A stretch of 64,000 nucleotides of DNA from Eledone cirrhosa (lineage: Eukaryota). This document shows, piece after piece, positions 1-12,984 of the stretch. The stretch lies in contig OZ024743.1 of the NCBI GenBank assembly GCA_964016885.1, positions 264,120,001 through 264,184,000 on the forward strand, read 5' to 3'. The position numbers were made by a program, and so were the translations under genes. Each line of letters opens with the position of its first letter. Position 1 is the first letter of the stretch. A model generated the notes under the pieces. It saw nothing but the letters and a program-made list of their open reading frames with translations. It was not told the origin of the DNA and did not search any database.

Positions 1-67
1 GATCAGGAACAACGTCCATAAGAAATCTACAAATTTGTCATAGTTTACAAATCATTAAAAAGAAAAT

Positions 68-205
68 AGCGGCAAATTGGCAGAGCCATTTGTGGTATTG
101 GTCCCGGCTCGCTGCACTCTGAGTTCAAAACCCGTGGATGTCAACTATGCCTTTCTTCCTTTCAATGTCGATAAATAGATTGCAAGTCCAATGCTGACGT
201 CAATC
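68..205 (+). mobile_element. Degenerate tRNA-type SINE copy
   Basis: B-box-like CTGAGTTCAAAACCC followed by TGCCTTTCTTCCTTTC-GTCGATAAA, matching the SINE at 18683. Confidence 0.6.
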
Positions 206-1789
206 TTTCCTCTGTATCTCTTTCTCCTTTCCCTTCTATCTCCCTCACACCTTCTCTCCAGACATGGAGAAGAGATGAGCCTCACTAGGTTTTAAAACTG
301 CCCAAGAAACGATGTATATCACTACGGCATCCTATGACTCCAGCAGGTGTTACGAGTTAACGGTAGAGTTTTTATCATAAATATTATATCGTTGTCAAAT
401 TGCAGGGAACATGGGCAAACGATTAAAACAACCCAGGGCATTAACTGGGACATCAACAAACCATGAATAGATGAGTATCAAAACCGTTTTTGACTAGATT
501 TAAACTATAAGAAAACAATGCGAAGTAATGCACCATCGAATGAGTATTACAGAATGCGTTATAAATGCCTCTAGCAATATTAAATTATCAATATTGCTGC
601 AGATGTAGGATAATGAATGATATAATCTGGACAAAAGAGCATCGGAAAGATAAATAGACATTATTTAATTACATTACTGTATGCTCGGAGTACAATTCCC
701 GCCGGAGGAAATATAACTTTTTATTACGGTGTCAATAGAATGAGGTCTACTTTGGGATCAATTCAATAACTTAGTCAGACAAAATAAATCTTTTTCTGTG
801 CTTCCGAGACTGACGAGAGCAAGCGGTAAAGTTATCCTCGAATGGTAGGCCTGAACCGAATACTTTATATTAGAGTTTTGAGTTTAAACCACGAAAAAAG
901 ATACGGGCTGACACAGTTTCCGTTAAGGAAATGTTTGTAAAATATTTTCTTGACCTAAATCTACGATAGAAGACACTTTTCCAATGTTCTATCTAGTGAA
1001 ATAGAACCCACAACCTCATCGTTGTGAACCAACCTTCTTTGCCACACTGCCAAACATAGAAATAAATATTTCTAACATAGTTACTCATCTTGCTAGACAT
1101 CCCTGACCAGTCAACTCTCCCCGTCCAACGGGGAGATTTTCATAGCCTTTCGCGGGGGCGAGAGATGTCTTCCCTTGTGAAAATGGGTATAGCTTTCATT
1201 ACCTAAAATCTCTCCATTGTGCCTCATTTCTCCACGGCTGGGGGCACGTTTTTATGGTACTCTCAGTTTGGGTTTTAAGAGTCTGGCAGGTCTGAAAGCC
1301 ACGGGATTGTGAAGCCAATTTCTTTATTACACAGTCTTGTTTGAAATAGAATGAAGAATTATATTCACATTATAAGAAAAACAAGATAAACGTGTTCTGG
1401 CTGGTGTGTATTTAACACGAAATGATGTGAAGCTAAACAGCACCAAGGGCGTCATTAAAAATGGGAACGAATGAAGAAGGGCCCACTTGGTCATTCGACT
1501 TGCTAGAAATAGCAGCCAAATCTCCTGCATGTAACATCTTGTTATCTTATGAAAAAGGATACATTGAATAATATCGTTGGAGATACACAATATAATGAAA
1601 GGAAATAAAAGACACGATGATTTTGGCTTGAATGCCTTTGACCATCAGTAGTTTAGTACGATCATCACTGAAATAGAACAAAACAGCAAATGAAAATAAC
1701 AATGTGAGCTCTTAGCTTCATCAAAATTTAGCAGATAATTTAGATTATGCATTTCTGGATATAATAATAACAATAATAATATGAATAGT

Positions 1790-1990
1790 TTTAGATTCAG
1801 ACATAAAGCCAACAGATTTGGAAGGATGGGGAAGTCAATTAAGTCGATCCCAGTTACTGGTACTTTATTTTATCGGCCGCACTCAGAAGGATGAAAGGCA
1901 AAGCCGATCTCGGTGGGATTTGATCTCAAAACGTTAATAAACGGAACACATATCGCAAGGTATTTTGTTCGACGCTCTGATGACTCTGAT
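1790..1990 (-). mobile_element. Degenerate tRNA-type SINE copy
   Basis: CTGGTACTTTATTTTATCG...GGATGAAAGGCAAAG...GGGATTTGATCTC is the reverse complement of the SINE body at 18683; (TAA)n tail at 1760-1780. Confidence 0.7.
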
Positions 1991-2634
1991 AAGTCACTTT
2001 GTGATTGTGAAGAGAACTACTTAAGCAGTCATTCATTCTGCAACAACTAACTATTCTCTATTGTTGACAATAAACACCAGAACAACGATGCGATAGGTAT
2101 AGCTGCATTACCAAGGGAAACGGATTGTATAGTGGGTGAATAAGAAATGACAGACGTTATAATTATATTAGAAAAGACCTTTACATGTAAGAATTCGCAA
2201 TAAAGCAAACCGAATTAAATAATACCGCAGCGGAGTGGAGATTCAGCAATATTACATTACATAGGATTTTAGTGTGTTCGTTCAGCTAATGCTCATTCCA
2301 TTATACATGAAATAATCAGCAGATACATACTTACAGGGTAAACATGTGAATGTGGTGGAGGCGGCTGATATATACCTGCACACACACACATACATGGTCA
2401 TAAACAAAAACAGACAGGCAAATATATACATACTTACATGCATGAAGACCAACACACACATTCATATATACATATAGATGTATCTATATAATTTTATTTA
2501 CATATATATGTATGTATATTAAGAAACCCCCCCCCCCACACATATATATATATGTATATATACACGTCATACATATTTATATGAATGCATACGCACACAG
2601 AAACACATATGCACAAAACAAACACACACACACA

Positions 2635-2637
<3 letters not shown>

Positions 2638-2719
<82 letters not shown>

Positions 2720-2736
2720 GTATATATATATATATG

Positions 2737-2817
<81 letters not shown>
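2638..2817. repeat. Compound (TA)n-(GA)n microsatellite
   Basis: Seen directly; source of the YIYI/ERER ORFs in the track. Confidence 0.95.
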
Positions 2818-2819
<2 letters not shown>

Positions 2820-3038
2820 ATTTTAGTAAGAATTTCAGTGTACTTTGCATTACAAGCAGTTTCGAAATGTAAACGCATGCATCTTATGAGATGCATTAAA
2901 AAAATGTGCGCATTCTCAAATGTTTCTGATGAGATATTATGTGTTATGCTGGGGTTAAGTCAAAATATTAATAAAATACACTTAATGTCCAAATTAGTTA
3001 TTGATTACTATTTTCTTCCATTTGTACCCACATTTATG

Positions 3039-3106
<68 letters not shown>

Positions 3107-3750
3107 CAGAGAGAGAGAGAGAGAGAAAGAGACAAAGACAGCTAGATAGATGGACAGATAGATAGAGAGTGAGTATGTTAATCTGAAGCGAAAATCACAA
3201 CTTATGGGGATATAAGCTAGACCGGTTAAAATAAGTCGGTTCTACTCATGCACGTTGCCGGTTATGGTCTATCGAACTAAAAAAACAACATAAATTATTC
3301 CAAGACATTGAAACAATTAAATTTCCTTCACTGGGAGGATAATTTTTGGAATAAGGTGAAACGTTCAAATACCTTGTATGATGTGGCCAGACAGCATGGT
3401 GAACAACGTGTCGCATCGTTGAGTTACTATATAAATATATCCCACTCAATGTATTAGGGTAATACGACGGGCTTATACTGACATGAGCAATAGAAGTCAG
3501 AAACGTTTAAATCTGGTCAACAATGATGGAACAGTTAATATTAATTTATAAAGTTAATTGTCTTTAATACACTCCTCCCACACAAAACAAAATTACTTCT
3601 CTAAAAACCTAGCATTTCGAGCCACATTTTCCATATAAAACAAGTAACATTCAAAGACCAACCAGATGTGAGGAAAACCACAGACCCTCCATCTCAATTC
3701 TACTTTTGAAAAGCAGAAGAACTGCGAAACCGGTAAAGGAACCAAATAAA

Positions 3751-3808
<58 letters not shown>

Positions 3809-4527
3809 TGTATGTATCTATACATAAACACATACACACACACATTATACCGCTCTCGACTGCTACTGGTAACATGTAATCCAGTACAACCTGTCTCATG
3901 GTGAGGTCGTCGGCGACTAAACCGGTAATCCCACCAAGCTTTCTTGGAGACGAGGGTGATATTTTGACACCCTGCGGGATGAAATACAAGAACCGGCAAA
4001 GGGCGGAGGAACTTCAAGATTCAACGGCCATCCAAATAGTATTTTTATTTTTATTTTTTTTATACGTAGAGGTAAAACTCCGAGGTATAAAAAGCTGGGG
4101 GATGTCACTGTATTTTCCGTGGCAAACTTTGCACCGATATGTGTCGGCAGTTCCAAAACGTGTGGTTGGTTCTACACAAGCCTTCACTACGTAAAACAAA
4201 ACTTTGTGTGGGTAGTTCAACACCAGTTCTCTTTTTCACGTCAACTGTTGTTGGACACTCATACGTCGGATATCGACGGGAGAGTCCATCATATATATAT
4301 ACATATATAACAAAGAGGGTGTGCTAAGATACCACGTGTACCATAAGTAACCAGAGTTCTCGATACTCGCATCTAGCTGTCGAAATGGCCGGAGCCTAGC
4401 CGTCGGAGTCCTGAATCATTTCATATATATATATATATAGTAATAATAAAAATGTGAAGACTAAAATCCAAAGAGGGATCGATAAGGATAAATATATATC
4501 AAATATATAAGAACCGTAGAGCAAATA

Positions 4528-5108
4528 TTTATTAAAATAACAGATTAAAGTTTAAGCAAAGAGTCGCTGCTTTCACCCTTAATGGGATCTTCTGAAACTA
4601 AAAAAATCAATCTGTGAACGCAGAAGTAAATATTTCGAAAAACGTTGCAACCGAAGGAAGAGAGGAAGACGATACTTAGGTTCGTGGAGACGTTCCCTGG
4701 CAAAGAACGGAAAAAAACGAAGATAATACGTTATTATTTGGTGCGAGAAAACACGCAAAGATAAAACCACGTTTATGGTATAGATGGTTCGTTTTTTCCA
4801 TTCATTGACTGGGAACATTTCCACGAACCATGTAATAGAATATTAGTCTACGATTTCATTTATTCCATAAACCTGGTTTTGTTTTTGCGTGTTCTGACGG
4901 CTCCACATAACGACGTATTATCTTCGTTTTTTACGTCCTTTGCCAGGGAACGTCTCCACGAACTAAACTATCGTCTTCCTGTCTTCCTTCGGCTGCAACG
5001 TTTTTCGAAATATTTACTTCTGCGTTCACAGATTGATTTTTTTTTTAATTTCAGAAGATCCCGTTAACGGTGAAAGCAGCTATTCTTTGCTTAAACTTTA
5101 ATCTGGTA

Positions 5109-5117
<9 letters not shown>
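4528..5117. repeat. ~250-bp imperfect inverted repeat (arms 4528-4778 and 4866-5117), probably Penelope pLTR-derived
   Basis: Arms are diverged reverse complements; ORFs 4579-4824(-) and 4879-5067(+) share FARERLHE..YRLP.FLRLQRFSKYLLLRSQIDFF; right end abuts (TA)n. Confidence 0.85.
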
Positions 5118-5157
<40 letters not shown>

Positions 5158-5303
5158 AATATAGAAATGGCTTCTACAGGACTAGAACTGTTTCATTCAA
5201 AGGAAATCACCAGGGAAACCTGATATTTATACTTTGCTATGTATTGAATACCTTACTTACTGTGGTTACCCCCGATTGAACCCGACACACACACACACAC
5301 ACA

Positions 5304-5385
<82 letters not shown>

Positions 5386-5562
5386 CACATATATATATAT
5401 ATATATCTGTGTGTGTGTATGTATGGACCCGTACCTCCTCATAGAGTCGTAGGGGCACCGTAGTGTCATACGGCGATCTTGGGTATTTTAAGCCTGGCGG
5501 AGCTCATCCCTCTCCAGGCAGATTTCTTCCAGAGAAAGACAGAAAGTGAGAGATATAGAAGT

Positions 5563-5721
5563 AGAATCGACCCCAGTACTAGATAGGTACTATTTTATCG
5601 ACTTCTAAAATATGGAAGGCAAAGTTGACCCTGGCGGTATTTGAACTCAGAGAGCAGAGTGCCGGTACAAATACCATAAAACATTCTATCCGAGGTTCTA
5701 ACGACTGCCAAATCGCCGCCT
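5563..5721 (-). mobile_element. Degenerate tRNA-type SINE copy
   Basis: GTACTATTTTATCGAC...GAAGGCAAAGTTGACCCTGGCGGTATTTGAACTCAG...CTGCCAAATCGCCGCC matches the SINE at 27285-27470. Confidence 0.75.
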
Positions 5722-6943
5722 ATATACACGTCATATACATATGTTTGTTTCAGAAGTTTTATTCTTATTTTCTTTCACTGCACACGTAGACCTCCACGAG
5801 TTTAAGACGTTTCATGTTATAAATAGTGATGATATGTTTTATTTTATATTCAAAGAATTTATTCATCAGCGTAATATATCCACGTCAGTGATACCTTGCC
5901 GTATATTACTAAAAAGATATGCTTTCCGAAAAAACTCTTTCAAGATTTTTGATTTGCATAGTATTAGAGCTATGTCTTATCCCTCTTGTCACAAAAATGT
6001 GTTTCGTCGATGCGTAGTTCGTTGTAAACCTACGACTATCGGTGGCAAATGTGGCATAGTGTATTTCCACGAACTTCCTGTGTTTATATATAAAGAATTT
6101 TATAACATGGTTTATACCCATTATAATACGCCCAGCAATACTTATATTATCTACTGAAGCCATGTTATTTAAAATTTCAAATAATCAGCAACAATTAACA
6201 GTTATTTGTCCAGCAAAAAACTTTATTTTATCCCTCCTCTATCATTATTGTTTCCAGCAGCTTGCTCTTTTTGATAACACTACCAAATAGCTACCATTGT
6301 CAATATTTTCACAATAGCATTGAACGTCCGAGTTTAACAAAGTATTAGAGATAAAATAACGGCACGTTTTGGGAAATATCTAACAGTTAAAATAGTTTTA
6401 CTGAAAATAGATCTTACTGTCCTGCAGCATAATCTATGTCGAAAAATATAGTTTTGATACGAATTTCTTATCCACAAGCCGATATCTATAATGTATTCAA
6501 ACGTAAACCAAATTAATGAAAAATACACCATTTTGCTCGCCATAAATAAAGGGAAAATATATACCATCATTAACAATTTTGGCTGTTGCCAATTTATTAT
6601 AAATGTTGATATTCAGCGTTAGATTATTTCCTGAAATATTTTCGGTATTGCTTTCAAATTTATTCTAAATATATTCACATTTAATCCCGATAAACGATCG
6701 CAGCAAGAACTAGATATCAATAAAGATCACACTGTTTCTATTTTCTTTATACAATTACGGGTCATTCTTTTACTTTTCCTCATATTAAGGCGTAATAGAA
6801 TCATTGTTGTAATTATGTGCCGTAGTGTTATTGCTCACACAATATATATATATATATGTATAAATATATATATACATATATATATATATGTGTGTGTGTG
6901 TATGTGTGTATATGTATATAAATAAATAAATAAATAAATAAAT

Positions 6944-7058
<115 letters not shown>

Positions 7059-7775
7059 TGAAAAGCAATAATTGCGCTCAGTGAATGTTATTCATTTATT
7101 CGAAATGGCTACTTACTTAGCTTTTCCTGCAGCCACACCGTAACATTTTCACGACTCTAGAACCAATAAGATGAGTAAAGCTTAACGGATCGTTATTTGG
7201 GTCAGAGTTAACTGAATTGGTACATCGCTTGTCTATTGACTGATGGATGGACGGTTTCAACTGTTTAACCATCAGTGAACAGTATACGTATGAAAAACAT
7301 TTAAATTTCGGTAGCAATCTAACTAGATGTATATATGTTTCATATTGATTTGGAAGCTGCTGCTGTGAGGAATATCATAGCGTCATTTTGTTGTTACTAT
7401 AGAAGTATTAGATAGAACCAATATCTGTATCGGATTCCCCAAAATTTAAGAGATGGGTTCGTTATCACAGCTCCTTGAAACCCTATAAGCAATATCTTTC
7501 GTCCATTCTAAGATAAAAATGAAATATACTGGTTGCATTTGATCAAATTATTATTATTATTGGCGACCTACGTAGGAAATCGTATTATCGTAAGCTCTGC
7601 AAAGGTTTGTTGTTTTCCGTTGTTTCAAATTGCCAGTTATGGAAAAATTTTGTGGTTAAGTGTTTATAAGTTCACATATATTGCTTTCTGAAGAGGACAC
7701 TCAAAAAGATTGGGGCCTTGAGCCCAAAATTTAAACTTTTATAATTATGAAATAAAATCTTTCTTTGAAAAAAAC

Positions 7776-9035
7776 ATGGATGACTCACAGCCACACGAAG
7801 CTGACAGCCTTCCTCACAAACTAACACCTCACACCAACACCACCATTGTAAATATTACTACGTTTGCCAACACTAAAAATATAAGCAGTAGCAATAATTT
7901 AAATTTGTCTCATGCAGACATTCATTTCCCGCCATTACCAATAACTACAGGTGTTAAAGCCGATACCCCCACCACCACAGCGACAACAGAAAAGAAAAAA
8001 AAAATTATTATCTCGTGACAGCGAAATGGATTCACCCAGAATCGACTCTTCCACACCGAACACCACTGACGCCACCACCACCACAACTGGAACTAAAAAT
8101 AACAATAACAAAAATAAGAATAACAACAACAGCAACAACAACAATGAGAATAACAACAAAAACATCAAGACCCGTGCAGCCAAGAAAAGCGAAACAATCC
8201 AGGTAAGCCAGGATGAATTAAATGAATCCAAGAGAATGGTAAAAAAAGATAGGTACAGTGTTAGCCCCCCCCACCCCCCCACCCCCAATAAAATGGAGCA
8301 TCGGCGCCTATGCACCGTGTCTTATCGGACGATAAACACAAAATCACACCGAGTGGAACGGGCATCCGAGTACCAAATACAAAAAACATTTGGGACATGT
8401 GTGGGCGACAAAAACCCACATCAGACGTGGGCAGAAATATGGAACCATTGGCCCATTAAGAAGCGACGACTTCACACTCGTCTCAAGCTATTGTGACCAC
8501 AGGCCATCGAAATTCCCTGGCTAATGGCTCCCGTCTTCGCCGGCATCGAGCCCAACACGAAAATAATTGAAATAACAAAAGAAAAGCAGGAGAACTGGTC
8601 CGGATCTAGGATGGAGCACTTGATCCAAGCGGACCAGAAAAGCACTGAGGAAATCCCAGAGGTGATAGACCTCACTGACGGCAGCCACCTCACCGTAATC
8701 TGCCCTCAGACTAAAAGGTTGAGGCCACCTCTCTTACCCACCTCAGTGAGTCAACCATCAACACCACCAGCAGCAGAAATGGCAGCAACAACTGTAGCAA
8801 CAACAGAAGCAACTGTAGCAGCAACAACCCCAGCAACAGTAGCAAAACCAATACCACCACCACTCACCGCACCAGAACTAGCACCAACGTCTCCATCATC
8901 CACCACGCCACAACCAAAACCCACGCCTGTGGACGATTTTCCACTCCAGGGGGATTTATAAGGACATCCTTCCGAAGGAGGCCACAAGCAGTGATAAAGA
9001 TGGAGAATCCATCCTTCTTCTACAAGAAGTAAGTA
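7776..9035 (+). pseudogene. Tx1 copy A ORF1 (frameshifted, Asn/Thr/Pro-rich)
   Basis: Fragments 7776-8018, 7951-8496, 8524-8961; TVSYRTI..SHRVERA.E.QIQK and ENWSG..MEHLIQ.D match ORF1 of copy C. Confidence 0.75.
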
Positions 9036-9070
9036 AGTGGTCTTTCTTATCTTTTCCATTCCTTTTCAAC

Positions 9071-12000
9071 ATGACCTCACTCAGAATAGGCAGCATAAAT
9101 ATGCGTGGCTTGGGGTCGTCATGGAAGGAGTGCCACCTGCTCAACGACCTCAGGTCACTAAACATAGATGTAGTGGCCATCAGCGAGACCAGAATCTCCG
9201 AAGCACGGGCATTCGCACCGATCTTCGGCGGTTACGATTTGTACGCATCTCCCAGTCGTCCTGGATCGGGGGGAGGAGTTGCGGTTCTTTTTCGGAGAGG
9301 TTTGGATCTCGCCATACGGGCCATCTTCCTGGACCCAGAAGGCAGGTTGGTGGTGCTGGACGTAACCAGCGGAGACGGGCAAGCTTTCAGGCTAGTGGTC
9401 GTCTATGCCCCGACAGGAGCAGTGCGGCCTGATTTCTTCCGGCGTCTGGAGACCTTTCTTGGAATGTCCCGCTCTTTAGTGTTAGTGGGAGACTGGAACG
9501 GGATCTTAGATGCACGCTGGGACTGTGTGGGATTAGCGGATAGGGAAGGAGGGTGCAAGAGACTCAACAACCTGCTCAGGCGTTTTGAAATGTGTGAGAG
9601 TTACCAATTGGATTTCCCAAATGTGCCAATGTGGACTTGGACAAACCGTATCGGGTCATCCGGATCATATCTAGATAGAGTATTTTGTAGGGAAATAGAT
9701 AGATCTAGCATAGGCTGTCCACAATTGAAGATAGTCAGCTACACGGACCACAAATTCGTGATCTGTGTGCTTGACTTAGATAGACTTCATAGACAAGGAC
9801 CCGGCTACTGGAAGCTAAACGCGTCCTGACCAGCGCGCATAGCCTACAGAGACCGGATTAGCGAACTAGTTAAGCGGGCGTTGATGGGGGCCATCGTCAA
9901 CAAGTGGTGGTTTGCTCTGAAAAGAGCGATAGAATAGAGTTCATTAGGTTTAGTAAGGCTTTAGCAATAGAGAAAAATAGAGCAGAGGGAGAACTAGTTA
10001 GAAAATTAGACGAGGCGCTTAGCAAAGGCGCCATTGCTGCGAAATTGGCCCTTGACCAATTCTTCAATGCAAAGCACGAAGGCTGCGTTGTCTACGCTAG
10101 GGTGCGTGCTCTCAGACACGAGGGGACGAAATATGTTTAATGGGCCTGAGTGGCGGAGGCGCGTCGTGGCAACAATGTCACGATCCGGTCTTTGGTGGAC
10201 CACGACGGGCGCATGCTACTCGATCCCGGGCAAATGTGTGAAGCTTTTCAGCGACACTTCGCTCAGCTGTTCGGGGGCAGCGGCGGGCCGGATCGAGAGA
10301 TGGACTTTAGTGTCTACCTCGATGGACTGCCGCGGCTCTCGGCCACTGAGGCGGAGTGTTGCGAAAACCCGATAACAGCAGCTGAGGTAAGGTAGGCAAT
10401 GACTGGCTGTACAAGGGGTAAATCGCCTGGTTTGGATGGTCTGCCCTATGAATTTTACGTAGAGATGCCAGACTTGTTTGAGGCCTCTTGGCGGATGTCT
10501 ACTGCAACTGTCAACAGAACGGGAGAATTCCCGGCTTTGTGAGCCGAGGAGCAATGGAGCTGCTGAGAAAGGATCCGAACAAGGAGGATAACATAGATAA
10601 TTTTAGGCCCATAACTCTGCTAAACACAGAGTTCAAAATTTAGGCGATGGAGCTGTTGAGAAAGGATCCGAACAAGGAGGATAACATAGATAATTTTAGG
10701 CCCATAACTCTGCTAAACACAGAGTTCAAAATTTAGGCCAAGGTGCAAGCAAAGAGGTTGGCGTTGCCGTTGGTGGGCTGGTGGGAGACTCGCAGACATG
10801 CGCCATTCCCCACAGATCCATCCACGACAACCTCCACATCATACGTTATATCGTGGAGAGGGTAGCTAGGGAACCTGGCACGGGTGGGTCCTTGATCAAT
10901 TTAGATCAGTCGAAAGCCCTCGATAGGGTCGACCATCGTTATCTGGCGGCAGTCCTGAGGGCGGCTGGCTTTGGGCCCGTCTTCAGAGGCTGGATTGCTG
11001 CCATGCACAGCGACATCTGCTCTGTGGTGAGAATGAACGGTCCACTTTCGGAACCGTTCAACATCAAGCGCTCGGTCCGCCAAGGATGTCCCCTCTCGTC
11101 GCTTTTGTACGTATTGACACTCGAGCCATTACTGCACAAACTGGAGACGTCGAGGGGGGTCCCGCGCGAACTAGGATGAGGAATATCCGTGTCAGCATAT
11201 GCGGACGATGTAACCGTAGTGGTGTCGAACGCCAAACACATCGAGACGATCGACACTACACTAAGAGAATACGAAGCGGTGACAGGAGCAATGATCAACC
11301 AGGAAAAGTCAGTGGGCCTGCAGCTCGGCACCTGGAGAGGCAGGTCCATGCCGTCAAACAACGTCGTCGGACGCTGGACGGACGGACCGGTTAAATTACT
11401 AGGGGTCTGGTTCGGTTCGGACCTCCAGACGGACAAAAACTGGGACGAGGTGACGAGCAGGGTGGCTTCTCTCACACAGAAATGGGCAGAGAAGAAGCTA
11501 TCCCTGAAAGGTCGAGCGGAGGTGGCTAACGCGTACATCGCGTCCGTCATCTACTACCATCTAACCGTCTTACCTTGTCCTAAGCCCCGCCTGAATGCGC
11601 TGGAGCGTTTGCTCTTTCGTTTTTCGTGGAAGGGACGCGCTCCGATGGTCAGGTGGTCCATCTGCTGTCAACACCCGCTACGTGGAGGGATGGGCATCCC
11701 GTTGCTGATGATGCGCAGACACCCATCAGGCTACGACATCTCCACCTCTTCCTCGACGGTGATCAGGTGTGGTCGCCGTTTCCTACATGCTTCTTTCCCC
11801 AGCTCGTCTCCTTGACGGATCTGCAGTCCTGGGTCAAGCGAAGACCGAGAGGGAGCGCTTGGAGACTGGAATGTCTCCAGGCGCTGACAGCCCTCGACCA
11901 ATCGGGCGTTCTATAGAGGATTAGTTGAGGGGAAGAGCGACGACGTACTTGGAGAAACTCTAGAAGTCAACTAGCCAATCTCTTCGGAAGGACTTTCGGG

Positions 12001-12525
12001 CCGGGGCCTATGGACAACTTCCAGAAATCCCTGGCCTGGCAGTGCTACCGAGGAGCTTTGCTAGTTCTGGATAAACTCTACAGGCATGGAGGTGCCGTCA
12101 GCCGGGCATGTCCGAGGTGCGCGCAGGGCGACGTAACCGTCCTGCACGCACTCGTCCAGTGTCCGAGCATTGCTGACTTGTGGGTTTATGTCGAACACCT
12201 GCTGTCACGTGTAGAACGGATCCAGCTATCAACTCAGTCCATCGTGAGGATTGCCCCGCCCTCTTCATTTAGCCGGGAAGGGCAGGCAGTTTTTATCTGT
12301 ATGGTGGCCATGGCGAAATAGATAGTATGGTGGACACGTTTGAAAGGGCTGAAGACGAGCACTTACCTCTTCGGTGATGCCCTGATTAACTTTTTCAAAT
12401 TTCATTTGAAAAGGAAAATCAGGGTAGAGAGGGAAGTGCTCTCTTCCCAGCATTTTGTTGAAAGATGGCTGAGAGAAGCAAGTATGGCCCGAGTGAATGG
12501 GCCTACTCTGAGTATGTGTCTGTAA
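9071..12525 (+). pseudogene. Tx1 copy A ORF2: APE endonuclease, reverse transcriptase, C-terminal zinc finger (stops and frameshifts)
   Basis: SINMRGL, SET, VYAP, GDWN, YLDR, TDH (APE); SPGLDG, QGCPLS, AYADD (RT); CPRC..TVLHALVQC. Confidence 0.93.
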
Positions 12526-12984
12526 ATTAAAGGTGGAAAACTGGGAGAGGGCATTTGCCCTGGTGGTCAGGGTCACAGTGGCCTTTTAATGGGTTTCTCC
12601 ACAAATGTCCCACGGAAGTCTCCCTCCTATTGGTGAATTTTTCATTGTTACTTTTGTTACATCCTCTTTTTTGTTTGTTTTACACGCAGAAATGCCCATT
12701 TGTACCGTCATGTATAGTCCTTAATGTCTACTTTATGTAAACCCTTGTGGTTAATAAAGAAAGCATTATTATTATTATTGGTCTAAGCGGACGTATTTTG
12801 CTCGCTCACAGTAAGTCGCTTTATTTGCCTGTTTAAATTATTTGTTGTTAAATATTTCTTGTTGTGTAAGGGATATAAGCCCTTAGACTTTGCCCCGTGA
12901 AGGGGAAAGTATAATATTTGGGCCTTTTGGCCCAAATATTTGAACTTTTTTTTACATGTTAAAAAATTTACGAAGAAAAAAAAC

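Larger units (their letters stand above)
7562..12780 (+). mobile_element. Tx1/L1-clade LINE, copy A (near full length, decayed)
   Basis: Starts after (ATT)n at 7548-7561; ORF1 + ORF2; ends AATAAAGAAAGC-(ATT)n. Confidence 0.92.

Noticed and set aside
2494-3149. YIYI, ERER, HTHT and CVCV ORFs here and throughout the window
   Set aside because: Translations of dinucleotide microsatellites
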